50,485 nt of DNA from an uncultured Candidatus Saccharibacteria bacterium (GCA_964608745.1 CAZSPC010000004.1:1-50485), one strand, 5' to 3'; counted from the first letter of the stretch, positions 9,078-18,897 are shown. Numbers and translations: made by a program. The notes: a model not told the origin generated them from the letters alone.

Positions 9078-10118
9078 TTATATTTTTGGAGTACAAACAA
9101 TCAAAGAATCAAGTAAAGGTAGATTGCTTGGATGAGCTTTTCCAAACCCATAATAACCCCATTTCTTACCCGCACTATTAGCAAAAGTAATACTGTAAGG
9201 ATCATAACCCGAAACAAGCATCATATGGCCTTCTTCATTATCAATATTAGGCCATAAATAACCATTCTGATCCCAATCAACAGTTCTACCAAAAGAAGTA
9301 AAAATTACTTGATTAAGAAGAAGGCTTGCTTTGAGATTTAAGAACAAATCTCCATCTAATTTTTTCAAATCAACACATCGACTTGCCACACCTTTCATTT
9401 TTAAGATTTCAAAAAGATAGGAAGGATTAGCCCCTTCTTTTGGATAATGTTTATCCAAAGAACGACTAGCATGATAAAGTCCTTTGGCTAACACATCATC
9501 ATTTTTTGTTCCAAAATCCAATCCAAAATTTTTCTCGACAACTCTTTCGTATAAAGCACCCGTATAACCAACACAGGTTTTCGTTGGGCGCTGATCCATA
9601 ATCATACTCGGGGTAATAGAACCAAAGAAAAAATCAGGAAGTGGTTTTGAAGCAATGATTTTAATTAAATCTTCTGACAAATAAGTTATATACCTTCTTG
9701 GCCAAATTCCGTTTATTTGATAATAAATAAACGCAACCGTTTTAAAAATATCTTGAACTATGATATTTGCCAAGATACTTGTTTGAATTGATAATTCTCG
9801 ATGATCAATCAAACTAGATACTGATACAAGTACCTTACCTCTTTTTATCGTGCTTCTTGCTTTTTTTATTACCTGGTTAATTTCTTTTTTAATTTTATTC
9901 CAACCGAGAATAAGATCAGGCTCATACTCATCTAGTTCAGTCACTTGTTGTAAAACCTGTTTCTCCATTGTGAGATATAGGTCAGTAATTAATTCAAAAT
10001 TTTGTTGGTAAATTTCCGCATCGGAAAAATTTTCTTTTTTAATTAATATGTTTGATTTTTTGGCACAACCAAAACAAAAGAAAAATAATGTAAAACAAAC
10101 TAGAATTTTTTGAAACAT
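9078..10118 (-). CDS. putative lipoprotein with papain-like (C1) cysteine peptidase domain
   Basis: Signal peptide with FGC lipobox; DQRPTKTC (Q...C), GHMMLVSGYD, NSAGKKWGYYG. Confidence 0.75.
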   Translation of the reverse strand: MFQKILVCFTLFFFCFGCAKKSNILIKKENFSDAEIYQQNFELITDLYLTMEKQVLQQVTELDEYEPDLILGWNKIKKEINQVIKKARSTIKRGKVLVSVSSLIDHRELSIQTSILANIIVQDIFKTVAFIYYQINGIWPRRYITYLSEDLIKIIASKPLPDFFFGSITPSMIMDQRPTKTCVGYTGALYERVVEKNFGLDFGTKNDDVLAKGLYHASRSLDKHYPKEGANPSYLFEILKMKGVASRCVDLKKLDGDLFLNLKASLLLNQVIFTSFGRTVDWDQNGYLWPNIDNEEGHMMLVSGYDPYSITFANSAGKKWGYYGFGKAHPSNLPLLDSLIVCTPKI

Positions 10119-10120
10119 TT

Positions 10121-10432
10121 TTATCCTCCTCCACTAATAAAAATACTCAGATTATCAAAATCGCAACCTTCTTTTATTACTTTTTCAGCGATTTTTCCAA
10201 CAAGGTTTATTTTCAAATTTTCATCTCTTAAATGAGCATAAATATAAGTTGCTTGCTCAATCCACTTTTCGATTTTGTAAAAATAAGTTTCATTTTTACA
10301 TATAACTAAAACAGAAACTTTTACATCTTTTGCTTCATATCTTAAAATTTTTTCTTCAAAAGCAAAAATATTACTGTTTAGTAAACAAAAAGTCATAACA
10401 AAAATAATAAGACTCCCAAAAAATATTTTCAT
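10121..10432 (-). CDS. secreted hypothetical protein
   Basis: Signal peptide; AGGAGGAGG RBS; TTGACT-N17-TAGGAT promoter upstream; adjacent to the peptidase gene. Confidence 0.75.
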   Translation of the reverse strand: MKIFFGSLIIFVMTFCLLNSNIFAFEEKILRYEAKDVKVSVLVICKNETYFYKIEKWIEQATYIYAHLRDENLKINLVGKIAEKVIKEGCDFDNLSIFISGGG

Positions 10433-10507
10433 CTTCCTCCTCCTTCTTTTAATTTCAAATATACAATCCTAATTCAATCCTATTAAAAACAACAATTAAA
10501 GTCAAGA

Positions 10508-10577
10508 AAAAACAAGTTCCTAGTTGGGATTTTTAGCTACGATCGTAGCTAAAAATCCCAACTAGGAACTTGTTTTT
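10508..10577. repeat. 70 bp perfect palindrome with no loop
   Basis: AAAAACAAGTTCCTAGTTGGGATTTTTAGCTACGA|TCGTAGCTAAAAATCCCAACTAGGAACTTGTTTTT. Confidence 0.95.
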
Positions 10578-10596
10578 ATTATCTTATATAGATCTA

Positions 10597-11808
10597 TTAC
10601 AAACTTTCTTTTATACTTTTTACAACAAAATCAATTTGTTTTTTTGTTGTATTTTTCCCGATTGTAAATCTTAGAGAATTATATGCTCCACCACAACCAA
10701 GTGCATCTATTACATAAGATTCTCTGCCCTTTTTACCCATACAGGCAGAGCGAGACGCACAAGCGATTCCTTTTTCATCCAATTTTACAATCATAAATTC
10801 ACTATTTAAACCCTTGATTGAAATATTTATGTTATTAGGTAATCTGTCTTCCCTACTACCGTTTAAAATACTGTTCTTTATTTTTCCTAAAACCTGATCA
10901 ATAAAATAATCTCTCAATATAATAAGTCTATTTGATTCTTTTTCTCGTTCCTTATCTGCTAATTCAAAAGCTTTAGCCAAACCTACTATCAATGGTACGT
11001 TTTCTGTTCCTGCACGATGTCCCATTTCTTGATTTCCTCCTGCTAAGAGAGGTTTCAATCTTACATCTCTTTTTTTATACAAAGCCCCCACTCCTTTTGG
11101 TCCATAAATTTTTTGTCCGTCGATTGTCATCATATCTACACCCAAACTATTTACATCTAATTTTAAAAATAAAGGTGCCTGACTTGCATCACAATGAAAA
11201 ACTGGATTTAGGTCCCGGGGACCTAAATTTTTTCGATGCTGACGGAGAATGTGGGCTATTTTTGAAATAGGTTGAATTGTCCCAATTTCATTATTTGCAT
11301 ACATTACCGAAACCAAAACCGTATTTTCTTTCAATGAATTTCTTAACTCTTTCAAATCAATAATCCCTTCTGCATCAATTCCGATATAATCTACTTTTAC
11401 ACCTTTTTTCTCAAATTTTTCAAACAAATATAAAATAGACGGGTGTTCCATTTTAGTTGTAATAATATGCAGATCTTCTAATTTTTTACCCTGTCCAAGC
11501 AAATTATTTATATATCCCAAAACAGCCATCGAATTTGATTCTGTTCCGCTAGATGTAAAAATAACTTCATCGTTATGACATTTGAAAATTCTTGATATTT
11601 TTTTTCGAGATTCCTCAACAGCATTTTTAGCAATGACCCCCTCTTTGTGTATTGCTCCTGGATTTCCAAAATTCTCACTCCAAAAAGGCTTCATCGCTTT
11701 CAAAACCTTTTCATCCACTGGCGTCGCTGCCGCGTAATCCATATATATTCTTTTTTGCCCGTTCATTTTTTTAAAAAATGAATTAGGGTTTTGTGTTTTC
11801 TTTAACAT
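10597..11808 (-). CDS. iscS: cysteine desulfurase (IscS/NifS family)
   Basis: YMDYAAATP, FTSSGTES, ANNEIGTIQ, HCDASQ, QKIYGPKG, SRSAC; start could be 11766. Confidence 0.93.
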   Translation of the reverse strand: MLKKTQNPNSFFKKMNGQKRIYMDYAAATPVDEKVLKAMKPFWSENFGNPGAIHKEGVIAKNAVEESRKKISRIFKCHNDEVIFTSSGTESNSMAVLGYINNLLGQGKKLEDLHIITTKMEHPSILYLFEKFEKKGVKVDYIGIDAEGIIDLKELRNSLKENTVLVSVMYANNEIGTIQPISKIAHILRQHRKNLGPRDLNPVFHCDASQAPLFLKLDVNSLGVDMMTIDGQKIYGPKGVGALYKKRDVRLKPLLAGGNQEMGHRAGTENVPLIVGLAKAFELADKEREKESNRLIILRDYFIDQVLGKIKNSILNGSREDRLPNNINISIKGLNSEFMIVKLDEKGIACASRSACMGKKGRESYVIDALGCGGAYNSLRFTIGKNTTKKQIDFVVKSIKESL

Positions 11809-11929
11809 AAAAATATAAATTTACCAAAGGTTATTATCTCATATTTCTTTATTTGAATCAAAAATCTGCGTAGATATTTACGCAAATTTTTTAACTACTT
11901 ATATATGTTTACCATAAAGTCAATTGACT

Positions 11930-12826
11930 TTATAACAAGGCTAATTGGGCTAGTTTTATTGCACCTTCTTTTGTTTTTGCAACACAAATAAACCGACCAT
12001 TATGGCAAAACAATGCGTCCTGTACTCCGGTTATCTGAACCAACTCATCGCCCCTTTTCCCTGCCCAGCTTTGCGGGAAGTCTTTTCTATTTTCAAAGGA
12101 ATGCATATCATCCCGAACCGCCTTTGTATACCACCTGTCCTGCCTCAGTACTACCGCAAACAAAGGCTCGGGGTATTTATTTAAAATATTTTGCCAAGGA
12201 TAAACATCATCTAAAACAATAATTCTTTTATCTTTTGCTTTCTGATAAATTTTCTCTACTATTTTTTCCGCCTTTTTTACATTCTGTGCCTTAATTATTT
12301 CTCTTTCAAGAAGTTTTTTAGCAAGTTCAACCGCTTTTAAAAATAAATCGTCATAGTTTTTCTTTTCAGGCCAAATAGGATCAAACGCTGTTATAATATC
12401 GTGTAAAATATACGGATAAACCCCCTCAAACTTATTTTCATAAGTCATCACTCCGTTATCTATTGCGTCTATTGGCTGACATAATTTTTGGTCTATTTTT
12501 TCAGCAATTTTTTTGGAACCACACAAATCTCCTCCAAACTTTTTCCAAATCAACCCAAAAGATGAATATGGTATTTTGTTGTCACGCTTTCCTGCCCCAC
12601 CTTCTTGGTGGTGATCAAAACGATTTGTTTCTGAATCATATATTCCACCGACATCATATACATAACCACCTTTCTCAATAATATTTTGATCACGAGTTCG
12701 AATAATTTTTGCTTTTTTGTTTTCTTTTTCTAAAACCAGCAACAAAGTTGCAGTCGCAAAAACATCATCTGCATGAAAACCTCCATCATGGGTTACTAAT
12801 TTTACTTTTTTTCTTGTGTCAAACAT
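11930..12826 (-). CDS. MYG1-family (DHH) exonuclease / metal-dependent hydrolase
   Basis: THDGGFHADD, DVGG, RFDHHQ, SSFGLIWKKFG, DAIDNG, FCHNGRF. Confidence 0.92.
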   Translation of the reverse strand: MFDTRKKVKLVTHDGGFHADDVFATATLLLVLEKENKKAKIIRTRDQNIIEKGGYVYDVGGIYDSETNRFDHHQEGGAGKRDNKIPYSSFGLIWKKFGGDLCGSKKIAEKIDQKLCQPIDAIDNGVMTYENKFEGVYPYILHDIITAFDPIWPEKKNYDDLFLKAVELAKKLLEREIIKAQNVKKAEKIVEKIYQKAKDKRIIVLDDVYPWQNILNKYPEPLFAVVLRQDRWYTKAVRDDMHSFENRKDFPQSWAGKRGDELVQITGVQDALFCHNGRFICVAKTKEGAIKLAQLALL

Positions 12827-12906
12827 TGTTTTATGATAGTTTTTAGTTAGTTTTTAGTTAGAAATATAGTTAAAAGTATAACATAAATGAATATTGGGAG
12901 AAGAAA

Positions 12907-13179
12907 ATGAGCACAAAAAAAGAACTGCTTTCTAAACACGATTGTCCAACAGCCTTAATGATATTTTTCGCGATCTTTTCTTGTCTTACTCTTGTATTTT
13001 TTATACAAGAAATGATATTAATCAAAAACGATTTGCTTTGTATGTCTTCTGTATATCTTTTTTTTACCGCAATCATCGTACTAACATGCCTTTTCTTGCT
13101 TGCTGTAATTATTACGTTTTTGTTAATTAGATTAAGAAAACAAAATATTGAGCTAGTAAACAAAGATTTGTTAAATTAA
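12907..13179 (+). CDS. small two-TM hypothetical protein
   Basis: GGGAG upstream; two hydrophobic helices; terminator-like hairpin at about 13212-13252. Confidence 0.6.
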   Translation: MSTKKELLSKHDCPTALMIFFAIFSCLTLVFFIQEMILIKNDLLCMSSVYLFFTAIIVLTCLFLLAVIITFLLIRLRKQNIELVNKDLLN

Positions 13180-13269
13180 AAAAATGACAAAAAGTTTTGT
13201 GCACCAAACAATCCACAACCGATTCGATCATTCGAAAAGGTTGTGGTTTTTTGTTTTGTTATTTCACAA

Positions 13270-13478
13270 AGTCTTGCTTTGGCAAACTGGTATCTGAATT
13301 GCTTTTCCGTCAGCTAACGGATCGCGGAAACATGCCTAGTGATTTGCTTTAGCAAACCAAGGCCTGGATTGCCACAGGCGCAGCCTTCGCAATGACGAGT
13401 TTAATGAATTTTGGCGGAGCCAAAATTCATTCTATTGGCTACTGGCTATAAGCTACGAGCTTGTCGACTACCAGCCTT
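13270..13478. repeat. cluster of short REP-like hairpins
   Basis: TTGCTTTGGCAA, TCCGTCAGCTAACGGA, GATTGCCAC..TCGCAATGAC, AATGAATTTTGGC-GGA-GCCAAAATTCATT. Confidence 0.7.
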
Positions 13479-13549
13479 AAAAGTAATAGACTTTTAGCCA
13501 TAAAAATGTATAATTTCTAGGTATACTAACTATTTTTTATATAAATAAT

Positions 13550-14026
13550 ATGCCTATCTTTATTTCAACAGAACAAATTATCACTTATGTGCTTTTAGCA
13601 CTAATTATTTTGCTTGTTTTGTGGATTATCAGGTTAGAAATAAAAATCAAAAAAATTCCAGCATTAAAATTAAACGAAAACTTAAACCAAAGAATTGATA
13701 GCGCGCAGACAGAAATTGAAAACTTAAAACAATTCAAACAAGATAGTTCTTTGAGTATCGGGGCTATCAACGCTGAATTGAAACATACTATTCAAGGTAT
13801 TGAAACGGTTAGATTTAACCCTTTTAAAAGCGATGGGGTTGGTGGAAATCAATCTTTTGCTACTGCAATGATTGATCAAAACGGCAATGGGGTTATTTTT
13901 TCTAGTTTATATTCAAGAGAAAAAGTAAGTGTTTTTGCTAAACCAATTAAAAATTGGAATTGCGAATACGAAATGTCGGGAGAAGAAAAGGAAGTATTGG
14001 AAAAAATGAAAAACAATAAAAAGTAA
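13550..14026 (+). CDS. DUF4446 family protein
   Basis: N-terminal TM plus coiled coil; RFNPF..GGNQSFA, SSLYSRE..VFAKP, SGEEKE. Confidence 0.85.
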   Translation: MPIFISTEQIITYVLLALIILLVLWIIRLEIKIKKIPALKLNENLNQRIDSAQTEIENLKQFKQDSSLSIGAINAELKHTIQGIETVRFNPFKSDGVGGNQSFATAMIDQNGNGVIFSSLYSREKVSVFAKPIKNWNCEYEMSGEEKEVLEKMKNNKK

Positions 14027-14188
14027 ACACCGAGCTTACATCTGAATTTTTAATTTATAATTTATGAATTTCTAAACAATAAATAAATTTAAAAATGTTT
14101 AAAACATTAAAAAATTAATTGATTAAAAATTGTTTAAAAATTAAAAATTTTAAATTAAAAATTTCTAAGTTTGAGTATTTAATAAAAT

Positions 14189-15688
14189 ATGCCTGACCAA
14201 AAATCACAAAAGAATACAACCGAGAGGTCACCGATAATAGCAGTTATGGGTCATATTGACCATGGTAAATCTGCCCTCCTAGACTACATCAGAAAATCAA
14301 ATGTTGTTGAAAATGAAGCTGGTGGTATCACTCAACACATCTCTGCTTATGAAGTAAATCAGGGTGGCAAAAAAATCACTTTTTTAGACACACCAGGGCA
14401 CGCAGCGTTCACTGCAATGCGTTCACGAGGCGCAAATATCGCTGACATTGCTATTTTAATTGTATCAGCAGAAGAAGGCCCCAAACCTCAAACATTGGAA
14501 GCCTTGGAATCAATAAAGGAAGCAAAAATTCCTTTTATTGTTGCCATTAACAAAATTGACAAACCAGGAGCAGATATCGAAAGAACTAAAAACCAATTAG
14601 TAGAAAAAGAGATTTATCTTGAAGGTTTTGGTGGGGATATTCCATTTGCTCCAATTTCTGCAAAAAGTGGTGAGGGTATCCCTGAACTACTCGATACACT
14701 ACTTCTTATGGCGGAAATGGAAGAACTGAAAGGAGATGGAAATAAGAACGCAGAAGGGTTTGTTTTGGAATCAAACCGTGACCCTAAAAAAGGAATTTCA
14801 GCAACATTGATTATCAACAACGGAACAATGAAATCAGGTTCTTTCATAGTTGTAGAGGATAAAATAGCCCCCACAAGAATCATGCAAGATTTCTTGGGTA
14901 AACCAATAAAAGAAGTTAGTTTTTCTAGTCCTGTCGAGATTATTGGATTTAAGGATATTCCAACCGTTGGTTCAACTTTTGTTGTTGTTGACTCTAAAAA
15001 GGAAGCTGAAAAATTAGCTACTGCCTATACCCCAGAAAAAACAAAAGGTAGGGTACCAGGTACCCCACTTTCTGACGAAGGGACAATCATACCTTTGATT
15101 ATCAAAGCAGATGTACTGGGAAGTATTGAAGCAATCGAAAAAGAAATTTCAAAAATTGAAACTAAAAATGCTCAGATAAATATAATTCATACTGGTGTTG
15201 GAGATATTAATGAAAACGATATATTGATGACGGGGAATGCTCCAATGTCTCTGGTTGTTGGATTTAATGTAAAACTAGATGTCAGTGCCCAAGACCTGGC
15301 TGAAAGAGCCGAAATTGATATAAAAACTTTTGATATTATTTACAAACTAACCGAATGGCTTGAAAAAAAAGTGATTGAAAAAACCCCAAAGAAAAAGGTT
15401 GAAAAAATTATCGGAAAAGCAAAGGTAATGAGAATTTTCAATAAAACAAAAAACAAACAGGTTGTTGGGGGTGAAGTTATTGAAGGTTCTCTTTCTGTTG
15501 GCGCTAAATTAAGAATTTTAAGAAGAGAAAACGAAATTGATGACAGAGGAAAAGTTGCTGGAATACAGGTTCAAAAAAATGATGTGAACGAAGCAAGCGA
15601 GGGGCAGCAATTTGGATCAATGATTGAATCAAAACAAGAAATAGCAAAAGGAGATGTGCTCGAAGCATTTATAATAAGCGAAGAATAG
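14189..15688 (+). CDS. infB: translation initiation factor IF-2 (short form)
   Basis: [38 protein letters not shown]. Confidence 0.98.
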   Translation: MPDQKSQKNTTERSPIIAVMGHIDHGKSALLDYIRKSNVVENEAGGITQHISAYEVNQGGKKITFLDTPGHAAFTAMRSRGANIADIAILIVSAEEGPKPQTLEALESIKEAKIPFIVAINKIDKPGADIERTKNQLVEKEIYLEGFGGDIPFAPISAKSGEGIPELLDTLLLMAEMEELKGDGNKNAEGFVLESNRDPKKGISATLIINNGTMKSGSFIVVEDKIAPTRIMQDFLGKPIKEVSFSSPVEIIGFKDIPTVGSTFVVVDSKKEAEKLATAYTPEKTKGRVPGTPLSDEGTIIPLIIKADVLGSIEAIEKEISKIETKNAQINIIHTGVGDINENDILMTGNAPMSLVVGFNVKLDVSAQDLAERAEIDIKTFDIIYKLTEWLEKKVIEKTPKKKVEKIIGKAKVMRIFNKTKNKQVVGGEVIEGSLSVGAKLRILRRENEIDDRGKVAGIQVQKNDVNEASEGQQFGSMIESKQEIAKGDVLEAFIISEE

Positions 15689-15764
15689 CCAAAGAAATTT
15701 TTAATTTATGAATTTATAATTTTTAAACAATTTTTAATGAGTTAATTTTAAATGTTTTAAACCA

Positions 15765-16841
15765 ATGACTGAACAAGATATTTTAAATTTAATAGAACAG
15801 GATGAATGGATGATGGATGTTTTAAGAACAGCAGAAAAGCTTAATTTACCGGATTGGGTCATTGGAGCTGGATTTGTAAGAAACAAAGTTTGGGACCATT
15901 TACACGGGTTCGAAAATACACCCTTAGAAGACATAGACTTAGTATATTTTGATAAATCAAATATTTCAGAAGAAAAAGAAAAGGAGTACGATAAAATGCT
16001 AAAAGAAAAGCTTGATGCTCCATGGTCTACGAAAAACCACGCAAGAATACATCTTGTTTGTAACACAAAACCATACAAATCAACTTTTGATGGGTTATCA
16101 CGATGGCCAGAAACAGCAACTGGTATTGGAGTAAAACTAGAAAAAAAAGAATTAAAACTTATCACACCCAATGGTATCGAAGATTTAGTTAATTTGACTC
16201 TTAGATCTGCACCAAGATTTGTTTCAGAGCTGAAAATAATCAAAGATAGGATAAAGAAAAAGGAATGGTTAAAAAAATGGCCGAAGTTAAAAGTTGCCGA
16301 TGAACTTTCATCGTATTTAATCACAATTGACCCTCCAAAAAATATCACGAAAATAATCGATAAATATAGAGAAAAATTTGCAAAATACACCAAATACAAA
16401 ATACCCCCACACGTTACAATATATCCACCATTTTATTTAAAAGTTGATGAAAAAGAATTGGTAACTTTACTAGAAAGACAATTAAAAGGAAGTAGAAAAT
16501 TTAGTTTAGATTTTGATTCTATTGACTATTTTGTAGGAAATAATAATGTGGCTTATTTTTCACCTTCCGATAAATCAAAAGAAAAATTGGAGGTAATTTT
16601 TACCAAAACATTCGATATACTAGAAAATAGAATTGAGGATGTTCACGGTAATTATAAAACTCAAGGATTTAAACCTCATATAACGATCGCGGAACAAATA
16701 CCCAATAAAGATTTCGAAGATATACAAAAAGAATTAGCCGATATAAAGGAGGTTTTCTCTTTTATGTGTAATTCAATTTTAATATACAAACAAGATTACA
16801 AATCGAGAATTTGGAAGAAAGTAAAAGAAATTACTTTTTAA
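15765..16841 (+). CDS. fusion of a DUF925-type nucleotidyltransferase and a 2H phosphoesterase (2'-5' RNA ligase-like)
   Basis: N-half GAGFVRNKVWD, DIDLVYFD, WPETAT, KKWPKL; C-half two HxT motifs PHVTI and PHITI. Confidence 0.82.
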   Translation: MTEQDILNLIEQDEWMMDVLRTAEKLNLPDWVIGAGFVRNKVWDHLHGFENTPLEDIDLVYFDKSNISEEKEKEYDKMLKEKLDAPWSTKNHARIHLVCNTKPYKSTFDGLSRWPETATGIGVKLEKKELKLITPNGIEDLVNLTLRSAPRFVSELKIIKDRIKKKEWLKKWPKLKVADELSSYLITIDPPKNITKIIDKYREKFAKYTKYKIPPHVTIYPPFYLKVDEKELVTLLERQLKGSRKFSLDFDSIDYFVGNNNVAYFSPSDKSKEKLEVIFTKTFDILENRIEDVHGNYKTQGFKPHITIAEQIPNKDFEDIQKELADIKEVFSFMCNSILIYKQDYKSRIWKKVKEITF

Positions 16842-16857
16842 CTTACCAACTAATTTT

Positions 16858-17187
16858 ATGTCATTAAGAAAAGAAAAAGTAAAAAATTTAATAAAGGATT
16901 TAGCGGCTGATTATTTGCAAACTGAGTCAAATCGCACCTCACTAATTACAGTTACTGATTCAAGTATTTCAGATGACTTTAAGAAAGCAACTATTTTTGT
17001 TTCTGTCTTCCCTGTTGATGGTGAAAAATCTGCTCTAAACTTTTTAAAACGAAAAAGAAGAGGTTTGAAAGAGTTCATAAAAGGAAAAACAAGCATGCGA
17101 AGAATTCCTTTTTTTGATTTTGATATAGACAAGGGCGAGAAAAATAGACAGAAAATTGACGAATTATTGCAAAAAGAAAAGGAGTAG
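16858..17187 (+). CDS. rbfA: ribosome-binding factor A
   Basis: ITVT..ISDD.K.ATIFVS, MRRIP...FDID; position downstream of infB. Confidence 0.92.
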   Translation: MSLRKEKVKNLIKDLAADYLQTESNRTSLITVTDSSISDDFKKATIFVSVFPVDGEKSALNFLKRKRRGLKEFIKGKTSMRRIPFFDFDIDKGEKNRQKIDELLQKEKE

Positions 17188-17192
17188 AATTT

Positions 17193-17618
17193 CTACTCCT
17201 TTTTTGTTTTATAACAAACAATTTCTTTGTAAGCCTTTTTAGCTTCTTTTTTACAAATACCAAATCGGGAGAATTGTTTTTCAACTTTATGTAATTTTTT
17301 ATAATTACCAGAAAAATTAGAAATATTTTTATCCAAACCCACACAGTCATAAATTTTTCTCCAAACAACAATTCTCTTCATACATTTATCAACAGAATAT
17401 TGAGACAGTTTCCAAATATTTCCATTTAAACCAAATTTATTATATAACCAAATTTGAAAGACATGTAGAACATCTGAAAACTCCTCTTTTATTTTTTTCT
17501 TTTTAAGTTTGATTAACACTTCTATTAATTCCCAAACCTCTTCCAAAATATTTTTAAATATTATAGGACAACCAGTATCATTTGCTGTATATTGCTCTAT
17601 ATAATCTTTTATTTTCAT
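17193..17618 (-). CDS. hypothetical protein with MazG-like acidic motifs
   Basis: EEVWEL...KEEFSDVL spacing; AAAGGAG RBS. Confidence 0.55.
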   Translation of the reverse strand: MKIKDYIEQYTANDTGCPIIFKNILEEVWELIEVLIKLKKKKIKEEFSDVLHVFQIWLYNKFGLNGNIWKLSQYSVDKCMKRIVVWRKIYDCVGLDKNISNFSGNYKKLHKVEKQFSRFGICKKEAKKAYKEIVCYKTKKE

Positions 17619-17750
17619 CTTATCTCCTTTTTTAAATTAACCCCTGTTTCTATCCGTAAGTTTAAACTCATTTTTACAAATTTTCAATAGTTTTTTCAAA
17701 AAAACAATGCTGGAATTTTACGTAAAATTATATTATAATGCTTATTCAAA

Positions 17751-17823
17751 GGCGTAGTGGCGAAGTGGTTAACGCTGTGGTTTGCAAAACCACCATGCGC
17801 CGGTTCGAATCCGGCCTACGCCT
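17751..17823 (+). tRNA. tRNA-Cys(GCA)
   Basis: GGCGTAG acceptor; GTGGT-TTGCAAA-ACCAC anticodon arm; T discriminator. Confidence 0.96.
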
Positions 17824-17873
17824 CAACAAGTTATAGACAAATTGAATTTTTTAGTTAAACTTGACAACATAAT

Positions 17874-17955
17874 GCTCGGGTGGTGGAATTGGTATACACG
17901 TGTGACTTAAAATCACATCCTTCACAGGATGCGGGTTCGATCCCCGCCCCGAGCA
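17874..17955 (+). tRNA. tRNA-Leu(TAA)
   Basis: GCTCGGG acceptor; TGTGA-CTTAAAA-TCACA anticodon arm; variable arm. Confidence 0.96.
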
Positions 17956-17961
17956 CAAGTT

Positions 17962-18034
17962 GGGTCCATAGTTTCAATTGGTAAAACATCGGTCTCCAAA
18001 ACCGCAGTTCGAGGTTCAAATCCTCGTGGACCCG
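17962..18034 (+). tRNA. tRNA-Trp(CCA)
   Basis: GGGTCCA acceptor; CGGT-CTCCAAA-ACCG anticodon arm. Confidence 0.95.
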
Positions 18035-18270
18035 CAAAAACAAATACCTACAAGCAGTTGCTTGTAGGTATATTGTTTTTTGGGGTCACGAGGACTTGAA
18101 ACGAACGAAGTATGTTTTTGCCAAAAATATCTTTTCGAACAAAGTGAGAAAATAATATTTTTAGGCAAAAACCACGAGTGAGCGGGACAGCGAGTTCTTA
18201 ATATTTTGGAGTGCGAAGCACGAACAAAATATTTAGAACTGGCGTCAAATCCTCGTGGACCCGCAAAAAC
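18035..18270 (+). repeat. tRNA-Trp 3' structured element with antisense and direct copies of the tRNA end
   Basis: Inverted copy at about 18082-18100; 18245-18270 identical to 18016-18041 (26 nt). Confidence 0.9.
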
Positions 18271-18330
18271 GAATAGAGAATTATATTTCAACATTAAAAA
18301 AATACGTATTTAAATACGTATTTTTTTAAA

Positions 18331-18558
18331 TTATTTCAATATTTTTTTTAATTCTTCTTGATGCTGTTGCATAACTTCCATTGTTGCTGACATTTGATCT
18401 TTTCCTTCTTTCATCTTTGCTTGTACTTCTAAACCGATTTTTTGAAATAATTCTGGATTTTCGGTTACAACTTTAATCATTTTTTCTTGCTCAGCTTCTG
18501 GTACCCCTTTCATTTGAGACTTCATCATTTTCGCCATTAATTTTTCTTTTATACTCAT
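18331..18558 (-). CDS. small helical hypothetical protein
   Basis: 75 aa Met/Lys/Glu-rich ORF followed by a palindrome at about 18296-18327. Confidence 0.75.
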   Translation of the reverse strand: MSIKEKLMAKMMKSQMKGVPEAEQEKMIKVVTENPELFQKIGLEVQAKMKEGKDQMSATMEVMQQHQEELKKILK

Positions 18559-18636
18559 AATATATTTTAGTTTATAGTTGATAGCTCACGGCCAATAGCA
18601 ACTAGTTTATTTTGTAATCATCAAATAATAACATAT

Positions 18637-18897
18637 TCATGGGCATAGAAAAACGTTGTTGGCTTTTTCCGCGTCAAAGCATATTTTAAAATAGTTTTCG
18701 AGGATATTTTTTTTAATTTTGTTTGAAACGAAGTTAAGAATTTAAAAGAATATTGAAATATTTTGAAAAATTTTTAACAAACTTTCAGGCAAAATTTAGA
18801 AAAATACAACCGAAACAAGATTTGAAAATATGCTCTAGGAGACGTGAAAAAAGCCGAATCCGAAGAGACGACTTTTTTCAGTGTACCTACATCATGA
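18637..18897. other. ~260 nt rod-like imperfect inverted repeat
   Basis: Nested arms GGCTTTTT/AAAAAGCC, AGCATATTTT/AAAATATGCT, AATTTTGTTTGAAA/TTTCAGGCAAAATT, apex at about 18755. Confidence 0.7.

Noticed and set aside
17855..18294. ORFs 17855..18043 and 18016..18294
   Set aside because: Antisense to tRNA-Leu, tRNA-Trp and the Trp element.
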